Assembly: GCA_964457525.1 (NCBI GenBank)
Contig: CAYWGS010000005.1
Location: 1-29,375 of the forward strand
Length of the DNA stretch: 29,375 bases
Reading direction: 5' to 3'
Source of the DNA: an uncultured Erysipelotrichaceae bacterium
Lineage (GTDB): Bacteria > Bacillota_I > Bacilli_A > Erysipelotrichales > Erysipelotrichaceae
Position 1 is the first letter of the stretch. Every line of letters starts with the position of its first letter. The notes beneath the pieces are model-generated. The model saw only the letters and a program-made list of their open reading frames with translations, searched no databases and had not been told where the DNA came from. Below are positions 18,184 to 27,359 of this stretch, piece after piece. The position numbers were made by a program, and so were the translations under genes.

Positions 18184-19827
18184 TTACTTAACTTGATATT
18201 GTCTAATCCATTGATTGATTTCATCTTCAATGGGTTCGACATACACACTGGTATACTGTGTAACACTCACTAATCCCGGCTTTGAGTCTGGGATTTTTTT
18301 TATATCCTTAATTAATGCGACTTGTACTTCTACTTTCTTAGATCCTCTTGCTTTAGAATAATAAGCACTTAAACAAGCGGCCATATTCTTATGTTCATTG
18401 GTAATATTATCCCCTTGAAGTAAGACATGAGCTCCATGATAATCTTTGGCATGGAACCATAAATCTTTCTTTTGGCTTAATTTAAAAGTAATGGTTTCAT
18501 TCTGTAGATTATTCTTACCAACATATAAACGGATATTATTATCAAGATTTAATTGAAGATAATGTACTTTTTGATTCTTAGCACTCTTTTTAGGAAGCTT
18601 AGCTCGAATATACATTCCTTTGATAAGCTCTTCTTTAATCTCCATCGCATCATGCACACTTGCGATAGCGAGTTGTTGGGTTAATCCATTAAAGTAATCT
18701 TGTTCATCTTGATTAATCTTTAATTGGTTTAAGATATGTACTTGGCCTTTTTTACCTTTTTGGTACTTGTTATAGTAACGTTGTGCATTCTGTTTACCAT
18801 CGTATTTTTCATCGAGTGGAATAACAAGAGGTTCATCGGTATTAAAATCTTTGACTTCAAAGAACTTTAACCCTTTCTGTAGATCCATACCATAAGCATA
18901 GAGATAATCCCCATACGTACGCCATTTCTCACAATCCAAGGCTTCATCATACGCTTCAAGTAATTTTGGACGTTTTGATTGAGCTTTCTTTAGTTCACGT
19001 TGAATAAATTTAATCATATCCCCAGAGTGTTGCTTAATACGTTCTTTTTCCTCTAAGGATTGATAAATTAGATCTAAGCCTTCCATTAAAGGATAGACTC
19101 TAAAACTTTGAGATACATGTAAAAGAGGAATACAATGAAAGATTTCTTCTTTATCCTTTACGATATGAATATGTTCACTCTTAGAGATCATGTTCATAAT
19201 TTCTTTAAAATCCTCACCTTTTTCTAAACGATGTTCAATTTCTCGTGCGAGTAAAGGAGAGAATCCATGAAATTGATTCATGATCGATTCATTTGGATTG
19301 TACTCACTGATAAATGGATCTTTACGATCTTGTTGGTCAGGGAGGGTATACTCTGCGCCAGGATGAATGGTACGCTTGGTGTTCTCATACGCTGGTATGC
19401 GCTTAAGAGCATCCATGATTTTATTATTTTCATCGACAAACACAACATTTGCGTATTTACCCATGAGTTCAATCATGAGTTTATATTGGTGTAAATCACC
19501 CATTTCATTGCGTTTTTGGATACTGATTTCAACCAATCGATCGAGACCCATTTGTTTAATGGATAAGATTAATCCATCTTCAATATGTTTTCGAAGGTAC
19601 ATTACAAAGTTACTGGGTTCTTGGGGTGGTACAAAGTTTTGGTTTGATATTTGAATTCGATTGTGGACTGAATGAGCAGAGATGAGGAGTTGGTACTTAT
19701 CTTTGTTCGAACGGATATTTAAAAGGATCTCATTCTCGGATAAGTTATATATTCTTTGAATCTTGAGTGGGCATAATGCCTCAAGTGGTTTAATAATTCG
19801 ATTTAAAAGTATTCCATCCAGTGCCAT
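18184..19827 (-). CDS. rqcH: NFACT-family ribosome quality control protein RqcH (fibronectin-binding protein A-like, YloA homologue)
   Basis: The 547-aa protein has an NFACT-N-like N-terminus (MALDGILL..., ELMGKYANVVFVD), a central coiled coil, and the NFACT-R block DLWFHAKDYHGAHVLL. Its position next to gmk mirrors yloA in B. subtilis. Confidence 0.85.
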   Translation of the reverse strand: MALDGILLNRIIKPLEALCPLKIQRIYNLSENEILLNIRSNKDKYQLLISAHSVHNRIQISNQNFVPPQEPSNFVMYLRKHIEDGLILSIKQMGLDRLVEISIQKRNEMGDLHQYKLMIELMGKYANVVFVDENNKIMDALKRIPAYENTKRTIHPGAEYTLPDQQDRKDPFISEYNPNESIMNQFHGFSPLLAREIEHRLEKGEDFKEIMNMISKSEHIHIVKDKEEIFHCIPLLHVSQSFRVYPLMEGLDLIYQSLEEKERIKQHSGDMIKFIQRELKKAQSKRPKLLEAYDEALDCEKWRTYGDYLYAYGMDLQKGLKFFEVKDFNTDEPLVIPLDEKYDGKQNAQRYYNKYQKGKKGQVHILNQLKINQDEQDYFNGLTQQLAIASVHDAMEIKEELIKGMYIRAKLPKKSAKNQKVHYLQLNLDNNIRLYVGKNNLQNETITFKLSQKKDLWFHAKDYHGAHVLLQGDNITNEHKNMAACLSAYYSKARGSKKVEVQVALIKDIKKIPDSKPGLVSVTQYTSVYVEPIEDEINQWIRQYQVK

Positions 19828-19850
19828 AGCTAAACCTCTATTGAAATAAT

Positions 19851-19859
19851 ATTATATCA
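19851..19859 (-). promoter_or_regulatory. Extended -10 (TGaTATAAT on the minus strand) for rqcH
   Basis: The reverse complement of 19851-19859 reads TGATATAAT. An AGAGG SD lies between it and the rqcH ATG (19827). Confidence 0.45.
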
Positions 19860-19861
19860 CA

Positions 19862-19890
19862 TTGACACAAGGCATCTAAGTGAGTATGAT
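19862..19890 (+). promoter_or_regulatory. SigA-type promoter for gmk
   Basis: The -35 is TTGACA (19862-19867). A 17-nt spacer leads to the -10 TATGAT (19885-19890). The SD AGAGGG at 19901-19906 precedes ATG 19913. Confidence 0.6.
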
Positions 19891-19912
19891 ACTTGATAAA
19901 AGAGGGCAAAAA

Positions 19913-20482
19913 ATGAAGAAAGGTTTATTAATTATACTGAGCGGACCGAGTGGGGTGGGCAAGGGAACCGTTCGTAGTTTATTCTTTGATGATCCGGAAT
20001 TAAATATCGCTTTTTCCGTATCAATGACGACTCGTTCACAACGAGCGACAGAAATAGATGGAGTTGATTATTACTTTGTCACAAAAGAGCGCTTCTTAGA
20101 AGCGATTGAGAATGATGAATTATTAGAATACGCAGAGTTTGTCGGTAACTATTATGGAACACCGATGGATAAGGTTGAAGAGCTGCGCAATCAAGGAAAG
20201 AATGTATTACTTGAAATTGAAGTACAAGGTGCGATTCAAGTAAAGGCAAAAGTTCCGGATGCTTTAACCATATTCATTGTCCCTCCTAGTATGGAAGAAT
20301 TAGAGAAACGTATTCGTGGTAGAAAGAGTGAAGCACCTGAGGTTGTTGCTAAACGCTTAGAGAAAGCTTCTAAAGAAATGGAAATGGTAGGACAGTACAA
20401 GTTTGTGGTATGCAATGATGACCCTAAACTTGCCGCATCAATTATCTCTCTTATTATAAAAAGACATATGGAAATGGCCTAG
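19913..20482 (+). CDS. gmk: Guanylate kinase
   Basis: The P-loop is LSGPSGVGKGT, and the TTR and EIEVQG blocks are present. The start is taken as ATG 19913 because the GTG at 19880 lies inside the predicted promoter. Confidence 0.92.
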   Translation: MKKGLLIILSGPSGVGKGTVRSLFFDDPELNIAFSVSMTTRSQRATEIDGVDYYFVTKERFLEAIENDELLEYAEFVGNYYGTPMDKVEELRNQGKNVLLEIEVQGAIQVKAKVPDALTIFIVPPSMEELEKRIRGRKSEAPEVVAKRLEKASKEMEMVGQYKFVVCNDDPKLAASIISLIIKRHMEMA

Positions 20483-20499
20483 CCTTCCATATTTTTTTA
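20466..20499 (+). terminator. Rho-independent terminator after gmk
   Basis: ATATGGAA(at)GGC pairs with GCCTTCCATAT, giving an 11-bp stem with a 2-nt bulge. It spans the gmk TAG and is followed by a T7 run. Confidence 0.65.
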
Positions 20500-20501
20500 T
20501 A

Positions 20502-20510
20502 TGGTATAAT
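20502..20510 (+). promoter_or_regulatory. Extended -10 element TGgTATAAT 6 nt upstream of the priA ATG
   Basis: TG lies at 20502-20503 and TATAAT at 20505-20510. Only TATCCC separates it from ATG 20517, and there is no SD. Confidence 0.5.
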
Positions 20511-20516
20511 TATCCC

Positions 20517-22664
20517 ATGCATAAACTTGTACAAGTCTATATCGAACATAAACAATTGAAATTGAACCAATCTTATACCTATTTGGCTCCTTTAAGCTGT
20601 GAAGTCGGTATGCGAGTTGAAGTAAACTTTAACAATCAATCCTGTGTAGGTTTTGTAGTAGAAACAGAAGAATATGATGAACAGAAAATATTTGAATATA
20701 AACAAAAAGAAATTGAAAGAAAAGAAGTATTAAGAGTTATAGATAATGAACCTGTACTCAATCAAGAACTCATTGAATTAGGTTTTTGGATGGCAGACGA
20801 GACATTATCTCCAGTAATTAGTTGTTTTCAAGTCATGTTGCCAAAAGTAAAACGAATTAGTTCAAGCTATCAAGATGCACAGATGGAGAAATGGGTTCGA
20901 CTTATTAAAATGCCTGAGAAGTGTTCACCTCTACAAAATGAAATAATAATAGAACTCAAGGAAGATAAACGATTAGCTGATATACAAGGTTCACGATCTA
21001 GTTTAAATACCTTAATTAAGAATGGATACGTAGAAACCTATCTAAAAGAAAAGACTTATCAGAATCAATTTATACAACAAAAATTACCCAATTATACATT
21101 AAGTGATAAGCAAAATAATGCATTGGATAAAATCCGAAAAACGGATAAGAATGTTATCTGTTTGTTTGGGAAAACAGGATCTGGGAAAACAGAGCTCTAT
21201 TTAAAACTTGCAGAAGAAGCGCTCAAACAAAATCGACAAAGTTTAATATTGGTACCTGAAATCGCATTGACTGAACAAATGGTCCGTCGAGTACAAGAGC
21301 GCTTTGGACAAGATGTTGTGGTGTATCACTCACATTTAAGTGATCATGAACGATATCTACAATATAAACGTGTCAGTGAAAATGAAGTATCCTTGGTTGT
21401 TGGGACGCGATCCGCAATCTTTTTACCATTTAAAGATTTAGCATGGATTATCTTAGATGAGGAACATGATTCAAGCTATAAACAAGAATCCTTGCCATAC
21501 TATCATACGCGTGATGTAGCGATTAAACGTGCATTGCATTTTAATTCAAAAGTGATTTTAGGTAGTGCAACACCAAGTTTTGAGACCTATGCAAGAGCAC
21601 TAAGAAATGTGTATCAAATGGTCGAGTTGAATGAGAGAGTAAAGGGACAATTACCATCGATTCGTGTTATATCAAACCCACGTAATCGAAAGAATATACT
21701 TGCACAAGAAACCATCGATTTAATTCAATCAAGAATCACTCAACATGAACAAGTCATTCTCCTATTAAACCGTAGAGGATTTGCGCCAGTTTATCAGTGT
21801 GTTGAATGTGCAAAAGCGATTGAGTGTACAGCCTGTGATCGACTCATGGTTTATCACAAGGAAGACCAAACTCTAAAGTGCCATAGTTGTGGATTATCAC
21901 ATCCTGTACCTCATACTTGTCCAAGTTGTGGTTCACCTAAACTCAGAATGATGGGATATGGGACACAACGACTAGAAGAAGAGTTACATCAAAGAATAGA
22001 AGGTATTCGTGTCTTACGTATGGATAAAGACTCTACAGCGAATAAGAATGGTCATCAGAAAATACTCGATGCCTTTAATAACCATGAAGCAGATTTATTG
22101 CTTGGAACACAGATGATTGCGAAGGGATTAGATAATCCTAGAGTTAGTGCATCGATTATCTTAGATATCGATCGTTCTCTATTAAGAACCGATTATCGAA
22201 GTGTTGAAGATGCCTTCTCACTGATTGTACAAACAGCAGGAAGAAGTGGCCGAAGTCAGTTAGAGAGTGAAGTACTTATTCAAAGTGATTTAGGTAATCA
22301 TTATGTCTTTAATTCTGTTTTTAAACACGATTATCCACGTTTCTTTGCGCAAGAAATGGGATATCGAAAGTTAGGGCAGAACCCACCTTATACCTATCTC
22401 ATAACCATTACTCTATATGGAACAAACCAAGAAAGTTTAAATCGTAATGCACGATTGTTATTTGAACGTTTACAACATGATTCGATTAAATGCTTAGGTC
22501 CAAGTGATATGGGCAAGGTGAATTATACCTATAAGAATCGTATAATATTAAAAGGAAAAGATATTCAAGAAATGCGTCTTTTCCTAAAGAAAACACTCGA
22601 TGAAACGGTTTCGATACACAATTGGAACTGTTTGATCGATGTCAATCCAATGGGGATCCTCTAA
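20517..22664 (+). CDS. priA: Primosomal replication restart helicase PriA
   Basis: Walker A is GKTGSGKT and the DEEH box is LDEEHD. A Cys-rich zinc insertion is present (CVECAKAIECTACD...CHSCG...CPSCGS). The N-terminal 3'-DNA-binding-domain-like start is intact. Confidence 0.92.
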   Translation: MHKLVQVYIEHKQLKLNQSYTYLAPLSCEVGMRVEVNFNNQSCVGFVVETEEYDEQKIFEYKQKEIERKEVLRVIDNEPVLNQELIELGFWMADETLSPVISCFQVMLPKVKRISSSYQDAQMEKWVRLIKMPEKCSPLQNEIIIELKEDKRLADIQGSRSSLNTLIKNGYVETYLKEKTYQNQFIQQKLPNYTLSDKQNNALDKIRKTDKNVICLFGKTGSGKTELYLKLAEEALKQNRQSLILVPEIALTEQMVRRVQERFGQDVVVYHSHLSDHERYLQYKRVSENEVSLVVGTRSAIFLPFKDLAWIILDEEHDSSYKQESLPYYHTRDVAIKRALHFNSKVILGSATPSFETYARALRNVYQMVELNERVKGQLPSIRVISNPRNRKNILAQETIDLIQSRITQHEQVILLLNRRGFAPVYQCVECAKAIECTACDRLMVYHKEDQTLKCHSCGLSHPVPHTCPSCGSPKLRMMGYGTQRLEEELHQRIEGIRVLRMDKDSTANKNGHQKILDAFNNHEADLLLGTQMIAKGLDNPRVSASIILDIDRSLLRTDYRSVEDAFSLIVQTAGRSGRSQLESEVLIQSDLGNHYVFNSVFKHDYPRFFAQEMGYRKLGQNPPYTYLITITLYGTNQESLNRNARLLFERLQHDSIKCLGPSDMGKVNYTYKNRIILKGKDIQEMRLFLKKTLDETVSIHNWNCLIDVNPMGIL

Positions 22665-23911
22665 TGAAAGCAAGACAACTCGCTTATGAAATTCTATATG
22701 ATGTGATTGTACATGAACAGTACGCTAATTTAGCTTTGAAACAACGACTCTCTGAAGTTGTGCCTATCGATCAGACGTTGTGCACTTCAATCATTTATAC
22801 CTGTTTACAGAATCATCGTTACATACGTGCTTTATGGCAAAGACATACCAGTTATTTTCCATCGTCTAAAATAGCTGTTTTATTGGATAGTGCCACAACT
22901 CAACTTATCTTCTTTGATCGTGTTCCGGATTATGCGGTACTGAATGAGACCGTTGAATTGGCTAAGAAGATTGAATTCAATAGCGCAAAAATGGTGAATG
23001 CGGTTTTACACAAAGTGATTCAATGTGGAAAAGAAAAACTGATAGGAACAGATGATTTGGATACCATCGCATTAAATGCGTCATTACCAACGTTTATTGT
23101 AAAGTTATGGAATAAACACTATGGACTTGAACAAACCTTACTCAATGCCAAGGCATTGTTAGAACCTTCTACATTATGTGGAAGAGTTAATCCACTAAAG
23201 ATTGATCCCGATGAGATATTCTATGATCCCAATGTAAGACGTGGTGTTTTAAGTGAGCATGCATTTTATACCAAAGATAATCTGGTACAAAGTGATTGGT
23301 TTAAGACTGGTGAATGTTGGCTTCAAGATGAAGCGAGTCAAAGTGTCAGTGATTTCTTAGAAGTAGAAGATCATATGAATGTGTTAGACGCATGCAGTGC
23401 ACCAGGGACGAAGACAGCCGCTACAGCTACTTTGATGCATAATACAGGCCATATTGATGCGATTGAATTACATGAAGTTCGTAAACAACTGATTGATAAA
23501 CAACTGATTCATCTAGGGGTGACCAATGTAAGTACCTATACCATGGATGCTTGTTTTGCGAAAGAACATTTCAAACATGATTTTTATGATAGAATACTAG
23601 TCGATGTGCCATGCAGTGGTTTAGGAGTCCTTCGACGTAAAGCAGATATTAAATTACGTGTAAATCCTGAACAATTGGATGAACTACAAGCTCTACAAGC
23701 CTCTATTTTAGAAGGTGTTTATGAATGTTTAAAAGTAGGGGGTTTGATGGTTTATTCAACCTGTACGCTTAATCGCAAAGAGAACGAGATGCAGATACAA
23801 CGTTTCTGTGAGAAACACCCTGAATTTAAATTGATGGAAGAGAAAACGATATTTCCTTATCAATATAATACGGATGGTTTCTACATGGCTAAACTTAAAC
23901 GATTTGCATAA
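22664..23911 (+). CDS. rsmB: 16S rRNA (cytosine967-C5)-methyltransferase RsmB
   Basis: It has a NusB-like N-domain. The SAM motif is DACSAPGTKT, and the catalytic motifs DVPCSG and YSTCT are present. The likely start is ATG 22664 (MKARQLAYEIL), which overlaps the priA TAA; the ORF track starts at 22622. Confidence 0.87.
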   Translation: MKARQLAYEILYDVIVHEQYANLALKQRLSEVVPIDQTLCTSIIYTCLQNHRYIRALWQRHTSYFPSSKIAVLLDSATTQLIFFDRVPDYAVLNETVELAKKIEFNSAKMVNAVLHKVIQCGKEKLIGTDDLDTIALNASLPTFIVKLWNKHYGLEQTLLNAKALLEPSTLCGRVNPLKIDPDEIFYDPNVRRGVLSEHAFYTKDNLVQSDWFKTGECWLQDEASQSVSDFLEVEDHMNVLDACSAPGTKTAATATLMHNTGHIDAIELHEVRKQLIDKQLIHLGVTNVSTYTMDACFAKEHFKHDFYDRILVDVPCSGLGVLRRKADIKLRVNPEQLDELQALQASILEGVYECLKVGGLMVYSTCTLNRKENEMQIQRFCEKHPEFKLMEEKTIFPYQYNTDGFYMAKLKRFA

Positions 23912-23929
23912 ATATGGTAAGATAACGAT

Positions 23930-24970
23930 ATGAAAAAAACGATATATGATTTTAACTATGAACAACTTAAAGAATGGTTGTTAGGACATAACGAAAAGCC
24001 TTTTCGTACAAACCAAGTATTTGGTTGGCTTTATCGTAAACGCATTAATGAATTTAAAGAAATGACGGATATTAAACAAAGCTTAATTGATACATTTGAT
24101 CAAGAATTTGTTGTAAATCCAATCAAACTTAAACAAAGACAAGCCAGTAAAGATGGAACGGTAAAATACTTATTTGAACTACAAGATGGTTTTTTAGTTG
24201 AGACAGTGTTAATGCAATTTGATTATGGGAAATCGGTCTGTGTTAGTTCCCAAGTGGGATGCAATATGGGCTGTACTTTTTGTGCGAGTGGACTTTTAAA
24301 GAAGAACCGTGATTTAACTTCGGGTGAAATGTTAGCTCAAGTTATGTATGTTCAAAAAGAACTCGATGTACTTGAACAACGTGTGAGTCATATTGTCATC
24401 ATGGGGACAGGTGAACCATTTGATAACTATGATAACGTGATGAACTTCCTCTATACCGTTAATCATGATTTAGGTTTAGCCATCGGTGCACGTCATCTTT
24501 CAGTGTCAACTTGTGGTGTTGTGCCTCGTATTCGTCAGTTTGCACGTGAAAAAGTTCAGTACAATCTTGCGATTAGTTTGCATGCGCCAAATGATGAATT
24601 ACGTTCTAAATTAATGCCGATCAATAAAGCATATCCTCTAAGTGAATTAATGGATGCACTCCACGAATATTCAACCATGAATAATCGTAGAATAACCTTT
24701 GAATACATCTTACTCAAAGGAGTCAATGATCAAACGGAACATGCCAATCAATTAGCCCATTTAGTTAAAGGGATGAATGCTTATGTTAACCTTATTCCTT
24801 ACAATGTGGTAGATGAACATGGGTTCAAAGCAGTCGATTTTGCGTCTGCGATGAAGTTTTATGATAAATTAATGCGCTTAGGTGTCAAGAGTACTCTACG
24901 TAAAGAAAATGGTGGAGATATTGATGCGGCTTGTGGACAACTAAGGGCTAAAGCTGAAGGTAAACTTTAA
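23930..24970 (+). CDS. rlmN: 23S rRNA/tRNA adenine-C2 methyltransferase RlmN (radical SAM)
   Basis: The radical-SAM cluster motif is CNMGCTFCASG. The GTGEP block and the C-terminal DIDAACGQL block are present. Confidence 0.93.
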   Translation: MKKTIYDFNYEQLKEWLLGHNEKPFRTNQVFGWLYRKRINEFKEMTDIKQSLIDTFDQEFVVNPIKLKQRQASKDGTVKYLFELQDGFLVETVLMQFDYGKSVCVSSQVGCNMGCTFCASGLLKKNRDLTSGEMLAQVMYVQKELDVLEQRVSHIVIMGTGEPFDNYDNVMNFLYTVNHDLGLAIGARHLSVSTCGVVPRIRQFAREKVQYNLAISLHAPNDELRSKLMPINKAYPLSELMDALHEYSTMNNRRITFEYILLKGVNDQTEHANQLAHLVKGMNAYVNLIPYNVVDEHGFKAVDFASAMKFYDKLMRLGVKSTLRKENGGDIDAACGQLRAKAEGKL

Positions 24971-25704
24971 TGAAGATGGTCGGTCAGAGTCACATTGGAT
25001 TATTACGACGAATCAATCAAGATAATTTTTTGATTGAAGAAAAAGACGGTGTTCAATTAATGATGGTCTGTGATGGAATGGGTGGTGCGAATGCAGGTGA
25101 AATCGCTTCTTTAATTGCGACTGAATCGATGCGTAAACAGTTTACATCGACAGATTTTAGCCATTTCTCAATCGATAAATTAAAAACATGGTTGAAAGAA
25201 TCTTTTATTAAAATGAATCAATCCATCTATGACGAAGCTCAATTAAATATCGATTACAGTGGAATGGGTACGACTGCAGTAGCCTTTATGACATTTAAGG
25301 GTTCTATCTTTTGTGCCAATGTGGGGGATAGTCGTGCGTATGTGTTGGATCAAAATAATAAGCTTATGCAAATAACTGAAGATCATTCATTGATCAATGA
25401 ATTGATAAAATCAAAAAGAATTACACTTGAACAAGCTAAAACACATCCACAACGATCGGTTTTAACCAATGTGTGTGGTGTGATGGATAAGATTGTAGTG
25501 GATATTTTTGAAGTACCATCCAATGTGAAAGCATTATTGTGCTGTAGTGATGGTTTACATAATATGTTAAGTGATAAACAAATAGAAACGATTTTAAGAC
25601 AAAGACGATCCGTTGAACATAAAGTAAATCAACTCATCGAAGAATCCAATAAAGCAGGGGGTTATGACAATATAACTGTTACGCTTGCTTGGAAGGTGAA
25701 ATAA
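24970..25704 (+). CDS. stp: PP2C-family Ser/Thr protein phosphatase (Stp/PrpC)
   Basis: The PP2C motifs RRINQDNF, VCDGMGG, ANVGDSR, CSDGL and GGYDNITV are present. It lies directly upstream of the PASTA kinase. Confidence 0.9.
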   Translation: MKMVGQSHIGLLRRINQDNFLIEEKDGVQLMMVCDGMGGANAGEIASLIATESMRKQFTSTDFSHFSIDKLKTWLKESFIKMNQSIYDEAQLNIDYSGMGTTAVAFMTFKGSIFCANVGDSRAYVLDQNNKLMQITEDHSLINELIKSKRITLEQAKTHPQRSVLTNVCGVMDKIVVDIFEVPSNVKALLCCSDGLHNMLSDKQIETILRQRRSVEHKVNQLIEESNKAGGYDNITVTLAWKVK

Positions 25705-25706
25705 GT

Positions 25707-27359
25707 ATGTTACAAGTACTTGCGTCACGTTACCATATCATAAAACGATTGGGTGAAGGTGGAATGGCAGATGTCTACCTTGCTCAAGATGAATTACTCA
25801 ACCGTGAAGTTGCCATAAAGGTGCTGCGCGGTAATTTAGCATTGGAACCTGTTTCACTATTACGTTTTCAGCGTGAAGCCAATTCCGCAAGTGCATTAAC
25901 ACACCCAAACATCGTAGAAATCTATGATGTAGGTGAGGAAGAAGGACTTCATTATATTGTGATGGAGTATATTCGCGGTCGTACCCTTAAACAACTGATT
26001 GCACAACGGGGTGCACTAGAGAAGAATGAAGCACTTGCGATTATGGATCAGTTGATTTCCGCAGTTGAAGAAGCTCACAAAAAGAATATTATTCATCGAG
26101 ATATCAAACCACAAAATGTTCTTATCAAAGATGATGGGACAGTTAAGATTACAGATTTTGGGATTGCGACGGTATCTGACTCTTTACAATTGACCCAAGC
26201 GGATACAGTTTTGGGTAGTGTACATTATCTTGCGCCAGAACTTGCGAGAGGCGAGAGTGCAAGTTTTCAAAGTGATATTTATTCATTGGGTATTTGTTTC
26301 TATGAACTCTTAACGGGTGAAGTTCCATATCGTGGAGAAACACCGGTTCAAGTAGCGATGAAGCACTTGAAGGATGAAATTCCAAGTGTACTTGATTTCA
26401 ATCCTAGTTTACCGATGTCGATTGAGAATATTATCTTAAAATCCACCGCAAAGAATCGTGCTCATCGTTATAAATCGGCGGAAGAAATGCGTGCTGATTT
26501 ATTATCTTGTTTATCGGATAAGAATAAAAATGTTAAACGTTTAGAATTTGATCAACCTCAAGAGAATGACCAAACCATTATTATTAATAAAGTAAATGGA
26601 TTAAAAGAAGAAAAAACATCTAAATGGAATATTAAATCACTATGGGGATTAAGTTTGGTTATTGTGTCATCCACACTACTTATTCTTATTCTATCCGTTA
26701 GTGGAATTTTTGATCCAAACCGTAATATGGTTGAGGTTCCAGATTTAATGAGTATGACACTTGCGGAAGCACGTGAAGCCATCTTTGATTCTGGTATTGA
26801 AATTGCGTCCTCAATTACATATGAATTGACAGATAGTGTCGAAGCAGGAAAGATAATCAAAGTTACGCCAAGTGTCGGGACAATGATTGAAAAAGGATCA
26901 ACCATTAGTATTACCTTAAGTGAAGGAATATATTTTGTAGTAGATGACTACAAAGGACGTAATATTGATGAGGTCAAGAAAGAATTAGAGGATACTAAGA
27001 TTAATGTTCGTGTTGAATATTCACCAAGACAAGATGTACCATCTGGATTAATTCTTGAACAAACCTTGTTAGATCCAGATACGAAACTTGATCCTAAACG
27101 TCAATATGAAATTAAATTTATTGTATCTGCACCGGTTGAGTTTTTAATCCCGCAAATCGTTGGAGTGAACATTAATATCGCAAAGGCTCAACTAGAAGCA
27201 TTAGGTGCTGTTGTATATCTGAACCAATTATCAACCGATGGATTAACAGAAGACCAAATATCTAAAATTGTTCGTGATGTCGTCGTTGATATCACACCTG
27301 AACCGTTAACCTATTACACACAAGGAGCCAATAACTTTATTGAGTTAAGTTACTATTAA
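25707..27359 (+). CDS. pknB: PASTA-domain Ser/Thr protein kinase (PknB/PrkC/Stk1 family)
   Basis: The Hanks kinase motifs GEGGMADVY, AIK, HRDIKPQN, DFG and APE are present. A single TM helix (LWGLSLVIVSSTLLILILSV) is followed by three PASTA-like repeats. The start is ATG 25707, after GGAAGGTGA; the ORF track starts at TTG 25689. Confidence 0.93.
   Translation: MLQVLASRYHIIKRLGEGGMADVYLAQDELLNREVAIKVLRGNLALEPVSLLRFQREANSASALTHPNIVEIYDVGEEEGLHYIVMEYIRGRTLKQLIAQRGALEKNEALAIMDQLISAVEEAHKKNIIHRDIKPQNVLIKDDGTVKITDFGIATVSDSLQLTQADTVLGSVHYLAPELARGESASFQSDIYSLGICFYELLTGEVPYRGETPVQVAMKHLKDEIPSVLDFNPSLPMSIENIILKSTAKNRAHRYKSAEEMRADLLSCLSDKNKNVKRLEFDQPQENDQTIIINKVNGLKEEKTSKWNIKSLWGLSLVIVSSTLLILILSVSGIFDPNRNMVEVPDLMSMTLAEAREAIFDSGIEIASSITYELTDSVEAGKIIKVTPSVGTMIEKGSTISITLSEGIYFVVDDYKGRNIDEVKKELEDTKINVRVEYSPRQDVPSGLILEQTLLDPDTKLDPKRQYEIKFIVSAPVEFLIPQIVGVNINIAKAQLEALGAVVYLNQLSTDGLTEDQISKIVRDVVVDITPEPLTYYTQGANNFIELSYY

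Noticed and set aside
19267-19654. Three small ORFs within rqcH: 19267-19494 and 19367-19654 antisense, and 19278-19472 off-frame on the same (minus) strand.
   Set aside because: They are chance ORFs within an intact 547-aa NFACT gene.
16005-25706. N-terminal extensions offered by the ORF track. In this span they are 16005, 17032, 19880, 22622 and 25689; outside it they are 1240 and 6326.
   Set aside because: In each case an internal ATG has a proper SD, or a promoter lies over the extension, and the internal start yields the canonical family N-terminus. The longer forms begin at GTG/TTG or at SD-less ATG codons.
26149-26905. Antisense ORFs inside pknB (26149-26385, 26558-26905).
   Set aside because: They have no SD or promoter, show no recognisable motifs, and are fully contained in the kinase/PASTA coding sequence.
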